Origin: Eledone cirrhosa
Lineage: Eukaryota
Direction of reading: 5' to 3'
DNA length: 64,000 nucleotides
Assembly: GCA_964016885.1 (NCBI GenBank)
Contig: OZ024749.1
Location: forward strand, 24,304,001-24,368,000
Both the position numbers and the translations under genes were made by a program. Below the pieces are notes generated by a model, which had not been told where the DNA came from, ran no database searches, and saw only the letters and a list, made by a program, of their open reading frames with translations. Every line of letters begins with the position of its first letter. Positions within the stretch are counted from its first letter, which is position 1. This document shows positions 1 to 13,523 of this stretch, piece after piece.

Positions 1-1085
1 TAAGTGATATATTATATGCAAGGTTTTTAAGGATAGATTTAGGGTGATTAGATTGTGAGTGTATGTAATGTAAGTTTTGGTTAGGTTTATGGTAAGGTTG
101 GTATATACCCGTAGCTAAATCTAAAGTTATATCTAGGAAATTTACTACTTTACTTGTTTTTTCAAAAGTAATATTAAGATTATAATAGTCTTTAAGGAAA
201 GTTCTAATATGCTTTTTGTTTTTTTCGATTTCTGAAAGGCTAAGGTTGTTAGAAAGAAGAAGACAGTCATCACGATATAAACCACCTTTGAGGTGGGGAA
301 AAGAGGCATTTATGTTGAAAAGGAGAAAGAGGCCCACAAGATCAGTAATTTGGGCGGAATCGCTTGAACCCATAGTAATATCAAAAAGATTACTGTATGT
401 GTTTCTGGTCCAGTATTCATTCTGAAATTCAATAAGTGTTTGTCTAGCATGTGTAATAATGTTAATGTCATCCGAAGTTAAATTAGATCTATTTTTAGCA
501 AATATTAATGCTTTGTTCAGGAGTATGGGTGATATAGAAGAATAGTAATTATCTATATCAAATTGTAGGAAAGAAGCAGAAGATTTACACCTAATATTTT
601 TAAACCAATTAATTACCTGGGAGGTGTTTTCCCAGAGTGGTAAAATAACGTATTTTCTTATTTGTGGGATGACTCTATCTAAAATTTTTTTGCTAATTAT
701 TCCAATATCTGATTTGGAGGGACATATAAGTCTAATAGAAGGATTAGAGTTAAAGTTAGATTTGTGATCTTTCAGGTTGAAGTGTGGTCTTTTCAATGCC
801 AAAGGTTCAGTTCTATCTTCAATATTTAGTTTTTTTACTATGTTGTGTGTTTTGTTGTTGATGTTGGTGAGTGACACATTATTAGATTTTTTATAATTTT
901 TTCTGAGTTCTTTATATATGAACTCATTATAATGTTCAATATCCATATGATACAAGTTACCAGTTTTGTCCGAGTGGACATGGATTTTTTTAGACTTTTT
1001 TAGGTCCAATAGGGTAGAATCAAGGTCCTTTTGAAAGACGGATTTATACTTTTTAAATTTGAGGTGTTTAATTAAATTAAAAAAA
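1..1085 (-). pseudogene. Inverted fragment of the N1 reverse transcriptase ORF
   Basis: Reverse complement of the RT region. ORF-track entries 216..425(+) and 6038..6247(-) are identical. Confidence 0.9.
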
Positions 1086-1088
1086 AAT

Positions 1089-1491
1089 CTGCCCATTAAA
1101 AGGGAATTGTCTTGTTAACAACATAGTCTATAAATGTAATGTTAAAACTAAAGATTCTATTTGCTCATATATAGGAGCTACCTCTAACAATTTTAAGACA
1201 AGGTATAATACCCACAAACATAGCTTTAAAAATGCCGCACTGGCTAATACAACATCTCTAGCAGAAAAAATCAATAGTTATAAAAATAAAAATATAAAAT
1301 ATGATTTGACCTGGAGTGTGCTCAAAAGAGCCACCCCTTATCAAAATAATAGAAAGGAATGTAGATTATGTTCCCAAGAACTATTTGAAATAATGAAGTC
1401 TAGGGATATCTTATTAAATAAAAGACAGGAATTAATTATATCGTGTAATCATAAACTAAAAAAAACATTTAAATATTATAAACCTAATTAA
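1089..1491 (+). pseudogene. GIY-YIG endonuclease C-terminal fragment (upstream tandem copy of N1)
   Basis: Matches 7190-7592 (CPLKGNCL...IVYKC...YIGAT...CRLC...SCNHK). Confidence 0.9.
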
Positions 1492-1679
1492 TAACATTAT
1501 TCTAGAATTTAATTTAATTTAAATGTTAGTTAACCTATAAATTTAATTTAATTAATATTTTATTACAGATGAGAAAATATTATGTAATCATAAATTTTGA
1601 AAAACCTTTAAATATTACTAATATATACTCAGTAATTTAATTTATAGATTAATTTTAATTTATTTTAACCTTTTATTAT

Positions 1680-1722
<43 letters not shown>

Positions 1723-3278
1723 TATAATTCTTTTACAGATAAAATATAACAAAATAATATCATGTATCCTATGACGGAGAAAGAATTTTTAGTATTATAG
1801 ACCTAATTAATATACATTTTGGAAATATATTTATTATTTGGTTTTAGTTTTAATCAACCTAAAACTTTAATTTTAATTTGCTTAAAATTAGTATCCTTGT
1901 ACAGACGAATTGCAGAATGTCATGTAATCATAGAATGGGATGTGTTTTGGATATATACCTAGTTAATATATTCTGTGCAATTTTTTGAAAAAGATATGTA
2001 TATCTATATGTATATGTATATGTGTGTGTTGTATGTGTATCTGTATGTATATTTATGTGACTATATATGTATATATGTGTATATATATGTATATATATAT
2101 ATATATGTGTGTATATGTATATGTATGTGTATGTGTATGTATATGTATATGTATGCGTATTAATTTTGATTTTTATTTGCATATAATTATATTATGCTAT
2201 TGATGAAATACAATATCTGCTTTATGTATTGTATACCTAATTAACATATACTAATTAACGTATACTATTGAAATAAATATATAATTTTTAATTTAGTTAA
2301 CATATAATTTATATGCTACTACCGATGTAATACTTTATTTTATTTTTATTTGGGTTTCTTTTCCCTATTACTAAATTCATCTCCTAATATTGATACCATA
2401 ACGTTATTAACTTTAATTTAGTTATAATGTAATTAATAATCTACTACTGTTTGACTTCATAATTCTGCTTCAAATATTATAAACCTAACTAATTTACACC
2501 TTGGAAATCAATATGTTGACTATCTTTGGTTTAGTTAACATATGATTAATGGTATACTTTTTTGTTTTGAGATGCATAGATTTCGTATTTCCTAGCACTG
2601 AAAATATGTAAGAACATACATTGAATTAAGATACGGAAAATATTATATGTTTCTTGAAACATATATTTACTTTGATCCCCTTCTCCAAACCCCCCCTTTC
2701 CCCCATACTATTATCATCTGGTTTTGTAAGCATATATGTATGAATATATGTGTAGGTGGGTGTCTATATAGGTTTTGGTATTTATTTCTAAATATAAAAA
2801 TACATATATGAGCATGTAAATATGAATGTAAGATTGAGTGTGTATATATGATTGTACATACATATGTATGTATATATATGTTTATATATGTATTATATAT
2901 GTATGTGTATGTGAATGTGTGGTATGTATATGTGTATGTATATGTATGTATGTGTATGTATGTGTATGCTTGTATATAGGAATATATATATATATGTGTA
3001 TATGTGTATGTATATGTATATGCGTGTTTGTATGTATGTGTATATGGGTTCTGTATATATTTGTATGTCTCTCTATTTATATGTTTATCTTCGTATCTAT
3101 GTGATATATGTGTGTGTGTGTGCACGTATGCATATGTATGTGTTTGTGTGTGTTTGTATGTGTGTGTGTATATATATGTGTATTTGCGCACACTCACATA
3201 CACATATATATATATATATATGTGAGTGTGTATGTGTGTCTGTGTGTGTGTGTGTGTGTGTATGTGTATATATATATG

Positions 3279-3310
<32 letters not shown>

Positions 3311-3462
3311 GATATATATATATATATATATATATATGTGTATATAGGTGTCTATGTGTGAATATATGTCTTTATTCGTATGTGTGTATTTATGTATGTA
3401 TATATTTATGTGTATGTATGTATGTGTATGTATGTATGTATATATATATATATATGTATATA

Positions 3463-3497
<35 letters not shown>

Positions 3498-3829
3498 TAT
3501 TCTTTATTATTATTGTAATATAACTTATGTGTATATGTATATAAGTGAGGTTGTGTATGTATATATACTATGTGTATATATAAGAGTAATGAAATATATA
3601 TATATATATATATATATGTGCATGTCTGTTTTTTATGTGTGTGTATATATATATATGTATGTGTATATATGTATATATATATATATGTGTACGTGTGTGT
3701 ATGTGGATATATATATATATATATATATATACATGTGGGTGTTTATATGTGTATTTATGGTGGTATGAGTGTGTGGATATATATGTTTGTATATATATAT
3801 GTATGTGTATATATATATATATGAGTCTA

Positions 3830-3882
<53 letters not shown>

Positions 3883-4650
3883 ATGTGTGTATGTGTTGCG
3901 CGTGAGTGTGTGTGTATTTATATCTTTTTATATGTGTATGTGTATGTTCGTGTAAATGTATGTGTGTGTATGACTGTATAGGTATGTGTGTATGTATGTA
4001 TGTGTAAATATCTCTATGTGCGCGTACATGTATGTATGTGTATGTATATCTGTATGTGTATATACATTATATTATATTTATTATATTTTATTGTTTTTAT
4101 TTTTTTATTTTTCTTAATTTATAGATACATTTATATTAGGCAGTCTGGTCTGACAATCTAATACTGACCCCTCCCCCCCCCTCCCACCTAATTTCTGTAT
4201 CTTGATCTTGAAATGTGTGTACCAGTGTTTTTATGTGAGTGACTTAATTTCTATTTGCTTATGATTTTATATCCACATATATAAATGTGAGTGGGGGAGT
4301 GTGTGTGTTTGTATGTTCGTGGTTATGTGTATATTTATGCATATACGCACATGTATGTGTGATTATACTGATATGTATGAGTATGAAAAAAATATATTTA
4401 TATGCTTGACTCCATAAGTATCATTGCGTATCTTATCAGCGCATTAAGCTTACAGAGATATTAACCTTGAAATTTTGTGTTTGCATCCATCTTTTTAGTA
4501 TGCACATACAAATTATACACACATTATTGTAAAATATGTGTAAGGTTTTTACATGTATATACACACACCAAACTGCTTTTAACCCTTTGTGTTTTCATTG
4601 GTCAATTTTGAACTGATATTTTGAATTGTTGTTATTATCAATAAATATAC

Positions 4651-4805
4651 TTCATTATTTCTGAAGACGGCGTATATATGAGTTAGGTATGTATGTTTAA
4701 TCTTGATAATTTGTATAATTTTGTATAATTTTGTACATAGATCTGTTAAATATGCATACCAATTATAACACATATATACCCTAGAAACGATCGTTAAATA
4801 GTGAA
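4651..4805 (+). ncRNA. Type I hammerhead ribozyme motif with very long stem II (N1 pLTR)
   Basis: ttcattattt-CTGAAGA-[116 nt hairpin]-GAAAC-gatc-GTT-aaatagtgaa. Stem I is 10 bp, and stem III is the palindrome AACGATCGTT. Confidence 0.75.
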
Positions 4806-5148
4806 CTTTTTTTGTTTAATATAAGGAATTGTTTGTTCATTATTTGTTTAATATTTTATCTTGACTCTGTATACCGTTTATCTTTCACCGAAAGTGGATT
4901 TTCATTACATCTCTTCTTTCCATGATATCCGGAATACATTGAGTTCTTCATACGGATTGGACACTACCGTAAACTCTTGGTAGATTTATCTACATAATTT
5001 TGCTCCTATTTTCACGGAAATATTCGTATTTTTGTACTGTATGTGTGTATTAATTTTATATTTATGTATAAACATATATATATGTATGATTTTGTAAACC
5101 CATATACATTTAGTTGAGCTCTTTCAATTGTCCATCATCCATATCACA

Positions 5149-7592
5149 ATGGAAAAACAATATTTAGGAACCTCCTTAAAAAACATACCAATACCTTCTA
5201 AGGACGACTTCTTACTCCTTATGATTCAGAAAACTAATAATTTTATCAGAAGGGTTAGATGGAGAGCCTACCACTTCGATAGGAAATCTAAACAAGCAGA
5301 TCGGAAATATATGTATGATTTCAACACTTACAAGAATCCACCACACAACTTTTTACTTGAAGACTTCGAGAAAGACCTTTTTAATTTAATTAAACACCTC
5401 AAATTTAAAAAGTATAAATCCGTCTTTCAAAAGGACCTTGATTCTACCCTATTGGACCTAAAAAAGTCTAAAAAAAAATCCATGTCCACTCGGACAAAAC
5501 TGGTAACTTGTATCATATGGATATTGAACATTATAATGAGTTCATATATAAAGAACTCAGAAAAAATTATAAAAAATCTAATAATGTGTCACTCACCAAC
5601 ATCAACAACAAAACACACAACATAGTAAAAAAACTAAATATTGAAGATAGAACTGAACCTTTGGCATTGAAAAGACCACACTTCAACCTGAAAGATCACA
5701 AATCTAACTTTAACTCTAATCCTTCTATTAGACTTATATGTCCCTCCAAATCAGATATTGGAATAATTAGCAAAAAAATTTTAGATAGAGTCATCCCACA
5801 AATAAGAAAATACGTTATTTTACCACTCTGGGAAAACACCTCCCAGGTAATTAATTGGTTTAAAAATATTAGGTGTAAATCTTCTGCTTCTTTCCTACAA
5901 TTTGATATAGATAATTACTATTCTTCTATATCACCCATACTCCTGAACAAAGCATTAATATTTGCTAAAAATAGATCTAATTTAACTTCGGATGACATTA
6001 ACATTATTACACATGCTAGACAAACACTTATTGAATTTCAGAATGAATACTGGACCAGAAACACATACAGTAATCTTTTTGATATTACTATGGGTTCAAG
6101 CGATTCCGCCCAAATTACTGATCTTGTGGGCCTCTTTCTCCTTTTCAACATAAATGCCTCTTTTCCCCACCTCAAAGGTGGTTTATATCGTGATGACTGT
6201 CTTCTTCTTTCTAACAACCTTAGCCTTTCAGAAATCGAAAAAAACAAAAAGCATATTAGAACTTTCCTTAAAGACTATTATAATCTTAATATTACTTTTG
6301 AAAAAACAAGTAAAGTAGTAAATTTCCTAGATATAACTTTAGATTTAGCTACGGGTATATACCAACCTTACCATAAACCTAACCAAAACTTACATTACAT
6401 ACACTCACAATCTAATCACCCTAAATCTATCCTTAAAAACCTTGCATATAATATATCACTTAGAATTTCTAACCTTTCTTCTAACCAAGATGTATTTGAT
6501 AAAAATGCGACCTTTTATAATGAAGCTCTAGATAGAAGTGGCCACAAAAATAGATTAGAGTATATACCTTCTACTAAAAATACTGAAAGCATACAGCATA
6601 ATATTACCAACAAACACCAAATGAAAAGTACACACCTAAATGCCACCCACAGTATACCCCAAAATACTAAATCTTCTAATATAAAGTATAGTAACCCTCA
6701 AAAAACTACTCATCATACAACTATAATAAATATTAATAATAAAACTCCTAATAAAAAAGATAAAACACCTAAATCTACAAATATAACTAAAAATAGTTGT
6801 GGTGAGATCATTAACATTAATCCTCCTAGTAAAAATCATGATACAACATATAAAAATAATAAAAATAATAAACAACATAGAAACCGTAATAGACGAGTTA
6901 CTTGGTATAATGCTCCTTTTAATTTACAAGTTAAGGATAATATTGCTAAAAAATTTTTTTATATCCTTGAGAAAAACTTCCCGCCAAACCACAAATACCA
7001 TCAAATCTTAAATAGGTCTACAGTTAAATTCTCATACTCTACAACAAATAACATAAAACAAAATATAAGTGCATATAATGCATATAAATGTAAGAAAACC
7101 ATAAGTATACCACCAGTACATCAAATTAACAATAATATCTCCTCAAATACAGAATTAACGAAAGGATGTAACTGTAGAAACAAAACAAACTGCCCATTAA
7201 AAGGGAATTGTCTTGTTAACAACATAGTCTATAAATGTAATGTTAAAACTAAAGATTCTATTTGCTCATATATAGGAGCTACCTCTAACAATTTTAAGAC
7301 AAGGTATAATACCCACAAACATAGCTTTAAAAATGCCGCACTGGCTAATACAACATCTCTAGCAGAAAAAATCAATAGTTATAAAAATAAAAATATAAAA
7401 TATGATTTGACCTGGAGTGTGCTCAAAAGAGCCACCCCTTATCAAAATAATAGAAAGGAATGTAGATTATGTTCCCAAGAACTATTTGAAATAATGAAGT
7501 CTAGGGATATCTTATTAAATAAAAGACAGGAATTAATTATATCGTGTAATCATAAACTAAAAAAAACATTTAAATATTATAAACCTAATTAA
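5149..7592 (+). CDS. Naiad-type PLE polyprotein (RT + C-terminal GIY-YIG), one frameshift in the A-run at ~5470-5478
   Basis: N-terminus SLKNIPIP...RVRWRA, then SDKTGNLY. RT motifs FDIDNYY, ITMGS, GLYRDD, FLDITLDL; WYNAPF; CNCRNKTNCPLKGNCL; IVYKC..YIGAT..R..H; CRLC..CNH. Joins track ORFs 5128..5625 and 5508..7592. Confidence 0.92.
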
Positions 7593-7780
7593 TAACATTA
7601 TTCTAGAATTTAATTTAATTTAAATGTTAGTTAACCTATAAATTTAATTTAATTAATATTTTATTACAGATGAGAAAATATTATGTAATCATAAATTTTG
7701 AAAAACCTTTAAATATTACTAATATATACTCAGTAATTTAATTTATAGATTAATTTTAATTTATTTTAACCTTTTATTAT

Positions 7781-7819
<39 letters not shown>

Positions 7820-9406
7820 TATAATTCTTTTACAGATAAAATATAACAAAATAATATCATGTATCCTATGACGGAGAAAGAATTTTTAGTATTATAGACC
7901 TAATTAATATACATTTTGGAAATATATTTATTATTTGGTTTTAGTTTTAATCAACCTAAAACTTTAATTTTAATTTGCTTAAAATTAGTATCCTTGTACA
8001 GACGAATTGCAGAATGTCATGTAATCATAGAATGGGATGTGTTTTGGATATATACCTAGTTAATATATTCTGTGCAATTTTTTGAAAAAGATATGTATAT
8101 CTATATGTATATGTATATGTGTGTGTTGTATGTGTATCTGTATGTATATTTATGTGACTATATATGTATATATGTATATATATATGTATATATATATATA
8201 TATGTGTGTATATGTATATGTATGTGTATGTGTATGTATATGTATATGTATGCGTATTAATTTTGATTTTTATTTGCATATAATTATATTATGCTATTGA
8301 TGAAATACAATATCTGCTTTATGTATTGTATACCTAATTAACATATACTAATTAACGTATACTATTGAAATAAATATATAATTTTTAATTTAGTTAACAT
8401 ATAATTTATATGCTACTACCGATGTAATACTTTATTTTATTTTTATTTGGGTTTCTTTTCCCTATTACTAAATTCATCTCCTAATATTGATACCATAACG
8501 TTATTAACTTTAATTTAGTTATAATGTAATTAATAATCTACTACTGTTTGACTTCATAATTCTGCTTCAAATATTATAAACCTAACTAATTTACACCTTG
8601 GAAATCAATATGTTGACTATCTTTGGTTTAGTTAACATATGATTAATGGTATACTTTTTTGTTTTGAGATGCATAGATTTCGTATTTCCTAGCACTGAAA
8701 ATATGTAAGAACATACATTGAATTAAGATACGGAAAATATTATATGTTTCTTGAAACATATATTTACTTTGATCCCCTTCTCCAAAACCCCCCTTTCCCC
8801 CATACTATTATCATCTGGTTTTGTAAGCATATATGTATGAATATATGTGTAGGTGGGTGTCTATATAGGTTTTGGTATTTATTTCTAAATATAAAAATAC
8901 ATATATGAGCATGTAAATATGAATGTAAGATTGAGTGTGTATATATGATTGTACATACATATGTATGTATATATATGTTTATATATGTATTATATATGTA
9001 TGTGTATGTGAATGTGTGGTATGTATATGTGTATGTATATGTATGTATGTGTATGTATGTGTATGCTTGTATATAGGAATATATATATATATGTGTATAT
9101 GTGTATGTATATGTATATGCGTGTTTGTATGTATGTGTATATGGGTTCTGTATATATTTGTATGTCTCTCTATTTATATGTTTATCTTCGTATCTATGTG
9201 ATATATGTGTGTGTGTGTGCACGTATGCATATGTATGTGTTTGTGTGTGTTTGTATGTGTGTGTGTATATATATGTGTATTTGCGCACACTCACATACAC
9301 ATATATATATATATATATGTGAGTGTGTATGTGTGTCTGTGTGTGTGTGTGTGTGTGTATGTGTATATATATATGTATATATATATATGTATATATATAT
9401 ATATAG

Positions 9407-9438
<32 letters not shown>

Positions 9439-9559
9439 ATATAGGTGTCTATGTGTGAATATATGTCTTTATTCGTATGTGTGTATTTATGTATGTATAT
9501 ATTTATGTGTATGTATGTATGTGTATGTATGTATGTATATATATATATATATGTATATA

Positions 9560-9594
<35 letters not shown>

Positions 9595-9928
9595 TATTCT
9601 TTATTATTATTGTAATATAACTTATGTGTATATGTATATAAGTGAGGTTGTGTATGTATATATACTATGTGTATATATAAGAGTAATGAAATATATATAT
9701 ATATATATATATATGTGCATGTCTGTTTTTTATGTGTGTGTATATATATATATGTATGTGTATATATGTATATATATATATATGTGTACGTGTGTGTATG
9801 TGGATATATATATATATATATATATATATACATGTGGGTGTTTATATGTGTATTTATGGTGGTATGAGTGTGTGGATATATATGTTTGTATATATATATG
9901 TATGTGTATATATATATATATGAGTCTA

Positions 9929-9985
<57 letters not shown>

Positions 9986-10754
9986 ATATGTGTATGTGTT
10001 GCGCGTGAGTGTGTGTGTATTTATATCTTTTTATATGTGTATGTGTATGTTCGTGTAAATGTATGTGTGTGTATGACTGTATAGGTATGTGTGTATGTAT
10101 GTATGTGTAAATATCTCTATGTGCGCGTACATGTATGTATGTGTATGTATATCTGTATGTGTATATACATTATATTATATTTATTATATTTTATTGTTTT
10201 TATTTTTTTATTTTTCTTAATTTATAGATACATTTATATTAGGCAGTCTGGTCTGACAATCTAATACTGACCCCTCCCCCCCCCCTCCCACCTAATTTCT
10301 GTATCTTGATCTTGAAATGTGTGTACCAGTGTTTTTATGTGAGTGACTTAATTTCTATTTGCTTATGATTTTATATCCACATATATAAATGTGAGTGGGG
10401 GAGTGTGTGTGTTTGTATGTTCGTGGTTATGTGTATATTTATGCATATACGCACATGTATGTGTGATTATACTGATATGTATGAGTATGAAAAAAATATA
10501 TTTATATGCTTGACTCCATAAGTATCATTGCGTATCTTATCAGCGCATTAAGCTTACAGAGATATTAACCTTGAAATTTTGTGTTTGCATCCATCTTTTT
10601 AGTATGCACATACAAATTATACACACATTATTGTAAAATATGTGTAAGGTTTTTACATGTATATACACACACCAAACTGCTTTTAACCCTTTGTGTTTTC
10701 ATTGGTCAATTTTGAACTGATATTTTGAATTGTTGTTATTATCAATAAATATAC

Positions 10755-10909
10755 TTCATTATTTCTGAAGACGGCGTATATATGAGTTAGGTATGTATGT
10801 TTAATCTTGATAATTTGTATAATTTTGTATAATTTTGTACATAGATCTGTTAAATATGCATACCAATTATAACACATATATACCCTAGAAACGATCGTTA
10901 AATAGTGAA
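10755..10909 (+). ncRNA. Hammerhead motif, second N1 pLTR copy
   Basis: Same sequence as 4651-4805. Confidence 0.75.
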
Positions 10910-10954
10910 CTTTTTTTGTTTAATATAAGGAATTGTTTGTTCATTATTTGTTTA

Positions 10955-11060
<106 letters not shown>

Positions 11061-11474
11061 GGTGTTGGGAAGCATAAGTATTTTTTGTTTTGTCTGAAGG
11101 GACGTGGAGGTACGGGGAACTTTTCATTTTCAGAAGTTTCTCCTTTAAGTCCGTTTGGAAAGGTATGTTGACTTTCCTGAATTTAATATTTTTTATCATT
11201 TGAAAGAGGTCTTCTTCAAATGGTTCAAGTAGGCTGTTGGTGGGTGGAGCCTTATTAGATTTAAAGCCGTACATCTCGTTATTGGTAGATGCTACATCAG
11301 GGTATTCCTTTCATTCTACAAAAACACTCTGGCCACCTGTAGCTTGTATGTTAACTTGACCACTCACCATAGAACAATGGTCAGTGCCATGATTCGGTCT
11401 TGTTTATCTTCTAATACCAACCCACCTAAAAAAATTTCCCTACTATATATCTGTTGAATTACTATTCTTGGGTT

Positions 11475-11927
11475 TTTATTTATTTTTATTTATTTATTTA
11501 TTTATTTTTTTATTTATTCATTTATTTATTTATTTATTTATTTATTTATATATTATTTTTTTATTTATTTTTTCTTTTTGTTTTTATTTTTATTTTTATT
11601 TTTATTTTTATTTTTATTTTTAATTTTATTTTTATTTTTATTTTTATTTTTATTTTTATTTTTATTTTTATTTTTATTTTTATTTTTATTTTTATTTTTA
11701 TTTTTATTTTTATTTTTATTTTTATTTTTATTTTTATTTTTATTTTTATTTTTATTTTTATTTTTATTTTTATTTTTATTTTTATTTTTATTTTTATTTT
11801 TATTTTTATTTTTATTTTTATTTTTATTTTTATTTTTATTTTTATTTTTATTTTTATTTTTATTTTTATTTTTATTTTTATTTTTATTTTTATTTTTATT
11901 TTTATTTTTATTTTTATTTTTATTTTA
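11475..11927 (+). repeat. (TTTA)n grading into a near-perfect (TTTTTA)n tract
   Basis: Read directly; the hexamer run spans ~11580-11927. Confidence 0.97.
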
Positions 11928-12065
11928 CAAAATCACTCCGGCTAATTGACCACTCCCCAAAGAAAAAACGGTCTGTGCCATGTTATGGTCCTGTGTATCT
12001 AAATACCAACCTACCTAAAAAATCCCCCCCCCAGCCACCACCCCTCCCTTACCACTACCATAATG

Positions 12066-12073
12066 TATAAATA
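12066..12073 (+). promoter_or_regulatory. TATA-box-like TATAAATA upstream of the HHR in a pLTR
   Basis: TATAAATACCA is conserved at similar spacing before the related HHR at 61337, although the flanks have diverged. Confidence 0.45.
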
Positions 12074-12093
12074 CCAGACTTAATATGACACCC

Positions 12094-12144
12094 AGCTTCC
12101 TGAAGATTTCATCTGAATGAAACAGTTCTAGTCCTGTAGAAGCT
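12094..12144 (+). ncRNA. Type I hammerhead ribozyme motif (N5)
   Basis: agcttc-CTGAAGA-tttcatctgaat-GAAACAG-ttctagtc-CTGTA-gaagct; predicted GUA cleavage. Confidence 0.82.
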
Positions 12145-12276
12145 CCTTCTATACAATAAATATATTTTACTCTGCCATGCATTGAGTACCTTACTTACTG
12201 TGGTTATTCCCGACTCAACCCGGGACCTACGTATCCAAGCACACCCTAGTGCCCCTATAACCATCTCCAAGAAAAT

Positions 12277-12584
12277 ATGCTGACAAGAATCGACCTCAAT
12301 ACCTGCTTGAAGAACATTCCTATCCCACCAAGGAAACAGTACCTAAAAGCCCTCATTAGACGGACTGATGAATTCATCAAACGAATTAGATGGAGATCGT
12401 CCTTTTTCGACCACCCTGATGTAGCATCTACCAATAATGAGATGTACGGCTTTAAATCTAATAAGGCTCCACCCACCAACAGCCTACTTGAACCATTTGA
12501 AGAAGACCTCTTTCAAATGATCAAAAATATTAAATTCAGGAAAGTCAACATACCTTTCCACGTCCCTTCAGACAAAACAACAAA

Positions 12585-12590
<6 letters not shown>
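12277..12590 (+). pseudogene. Naiad PLE ORF N-terminal fragment
   Basis: Homologous to 5149-5500, carries a 17-codon deletion, and runs into (TA)n. Confidence 0.85.
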
Positions 12591-12619
<29 letters not shown>

Positions 12620-12626
<7 letters not shown>

Positions 12627-13480
12627 ATATTTGGGGAGGGTCATATTTGCGTAATATTGCCAGAATTAATAACAGAACACACTCACTGTTTGGTTGGTTT
12701 CGCTTCTCGCTGTCTTTTATATCTGCGATCTAACTTACTCGGTCCTCAATGTTGCCATTGACTGACCGGCGGTCAAAAATAATACAGATACAATATAGAC
12801 AAACACATATATATATAGTTTACATAAATCTTTCGTTGCACATCTGCAACATCGTCAGTGGTGTTATATTCATTGTTCCTCCTGTTGTGTTGTATGTCTA
12901 CGCCATTTTTTTTGTTCAGTCTGTCTATATATTTATTTATTTATTTGCTCTTTATTTGCATAAACACACACTAGTCACCCAGCAGACACAACACTATACA
13001 CACTAGTCACACATCACACATAACACTATACACACACGCAAACGCATGCGCAAAGAAGACAAAATAAAATAAGATAAACAAACAAGCAAATAAATAAATA
13101 AATATATAGACAGACTGAACAAAAAAAATGGCGTAGACATACAACACAACAGGAGGAACAATGAATATAACACCACTGACGATGTTGCAGATGTGCAACG
13201 AAAGATTTATGTAAACTATATATATATGTGTTTGTCTATATTGTATCTGTATTATTTTTGACCGCCGGTCAGTCAATGGCAACATTGAGGACCGAGTAAG
13301 TTAGATCGCAGATATATATATATAAAAGACAGCGAGAAGCGAAAACCAACCAAACAGTGAGTGTGTTCTGTTATTAATTCTGGCAATATTACGCAAATAT
13401 GACCCTCCCCAAATATGACAATATCTGTTTCGACACACGATTTCATATAAAAAACCTCGCAAAACTAATTCATCGCCGCT
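12620..13480. mobile_element. Fold-back insert of HHR-bearing family B (subfamily 1)
   Basis: Inverted arms ~12620-12948 and ~13086-13422. HHR-like CTGACGA-t-gttgca/tgcaac-GAAAG-at-TTA at 13176-13209, with a weak stem I. (TA)n on both sides. Confidence 0.8.
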
Positions 13481-13481
13481 A

Positions 13482-13523
<42 letters not shown>

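Noticed and set aside
4579-4773. Recurrent 64-86 aa ORF MCYNWYAY..
   Set aside because: It is the antisense reading of the pLTR hammerhead hairpin and recurs only because the repeat does.
5149-7592. Selenoprotein-type Naiad (in-frame UGA + SECIS)
   Set aside because: Some Naiads are reported to encode Sec, but this ORF has no in-frame TGA once the frameshift is repaired.
11580-11927. Telomeric repeat
   Set aside because: It is internal, lacks G, and is embedded in an element UTR.
12620-13480. DNA transposon/MITE with terminal inverted repeats and TA target
   Set aside because: The arms are unequal, carry HHR motifs and match one-armed copies elsewhere, which fits PLE fold-backs better.
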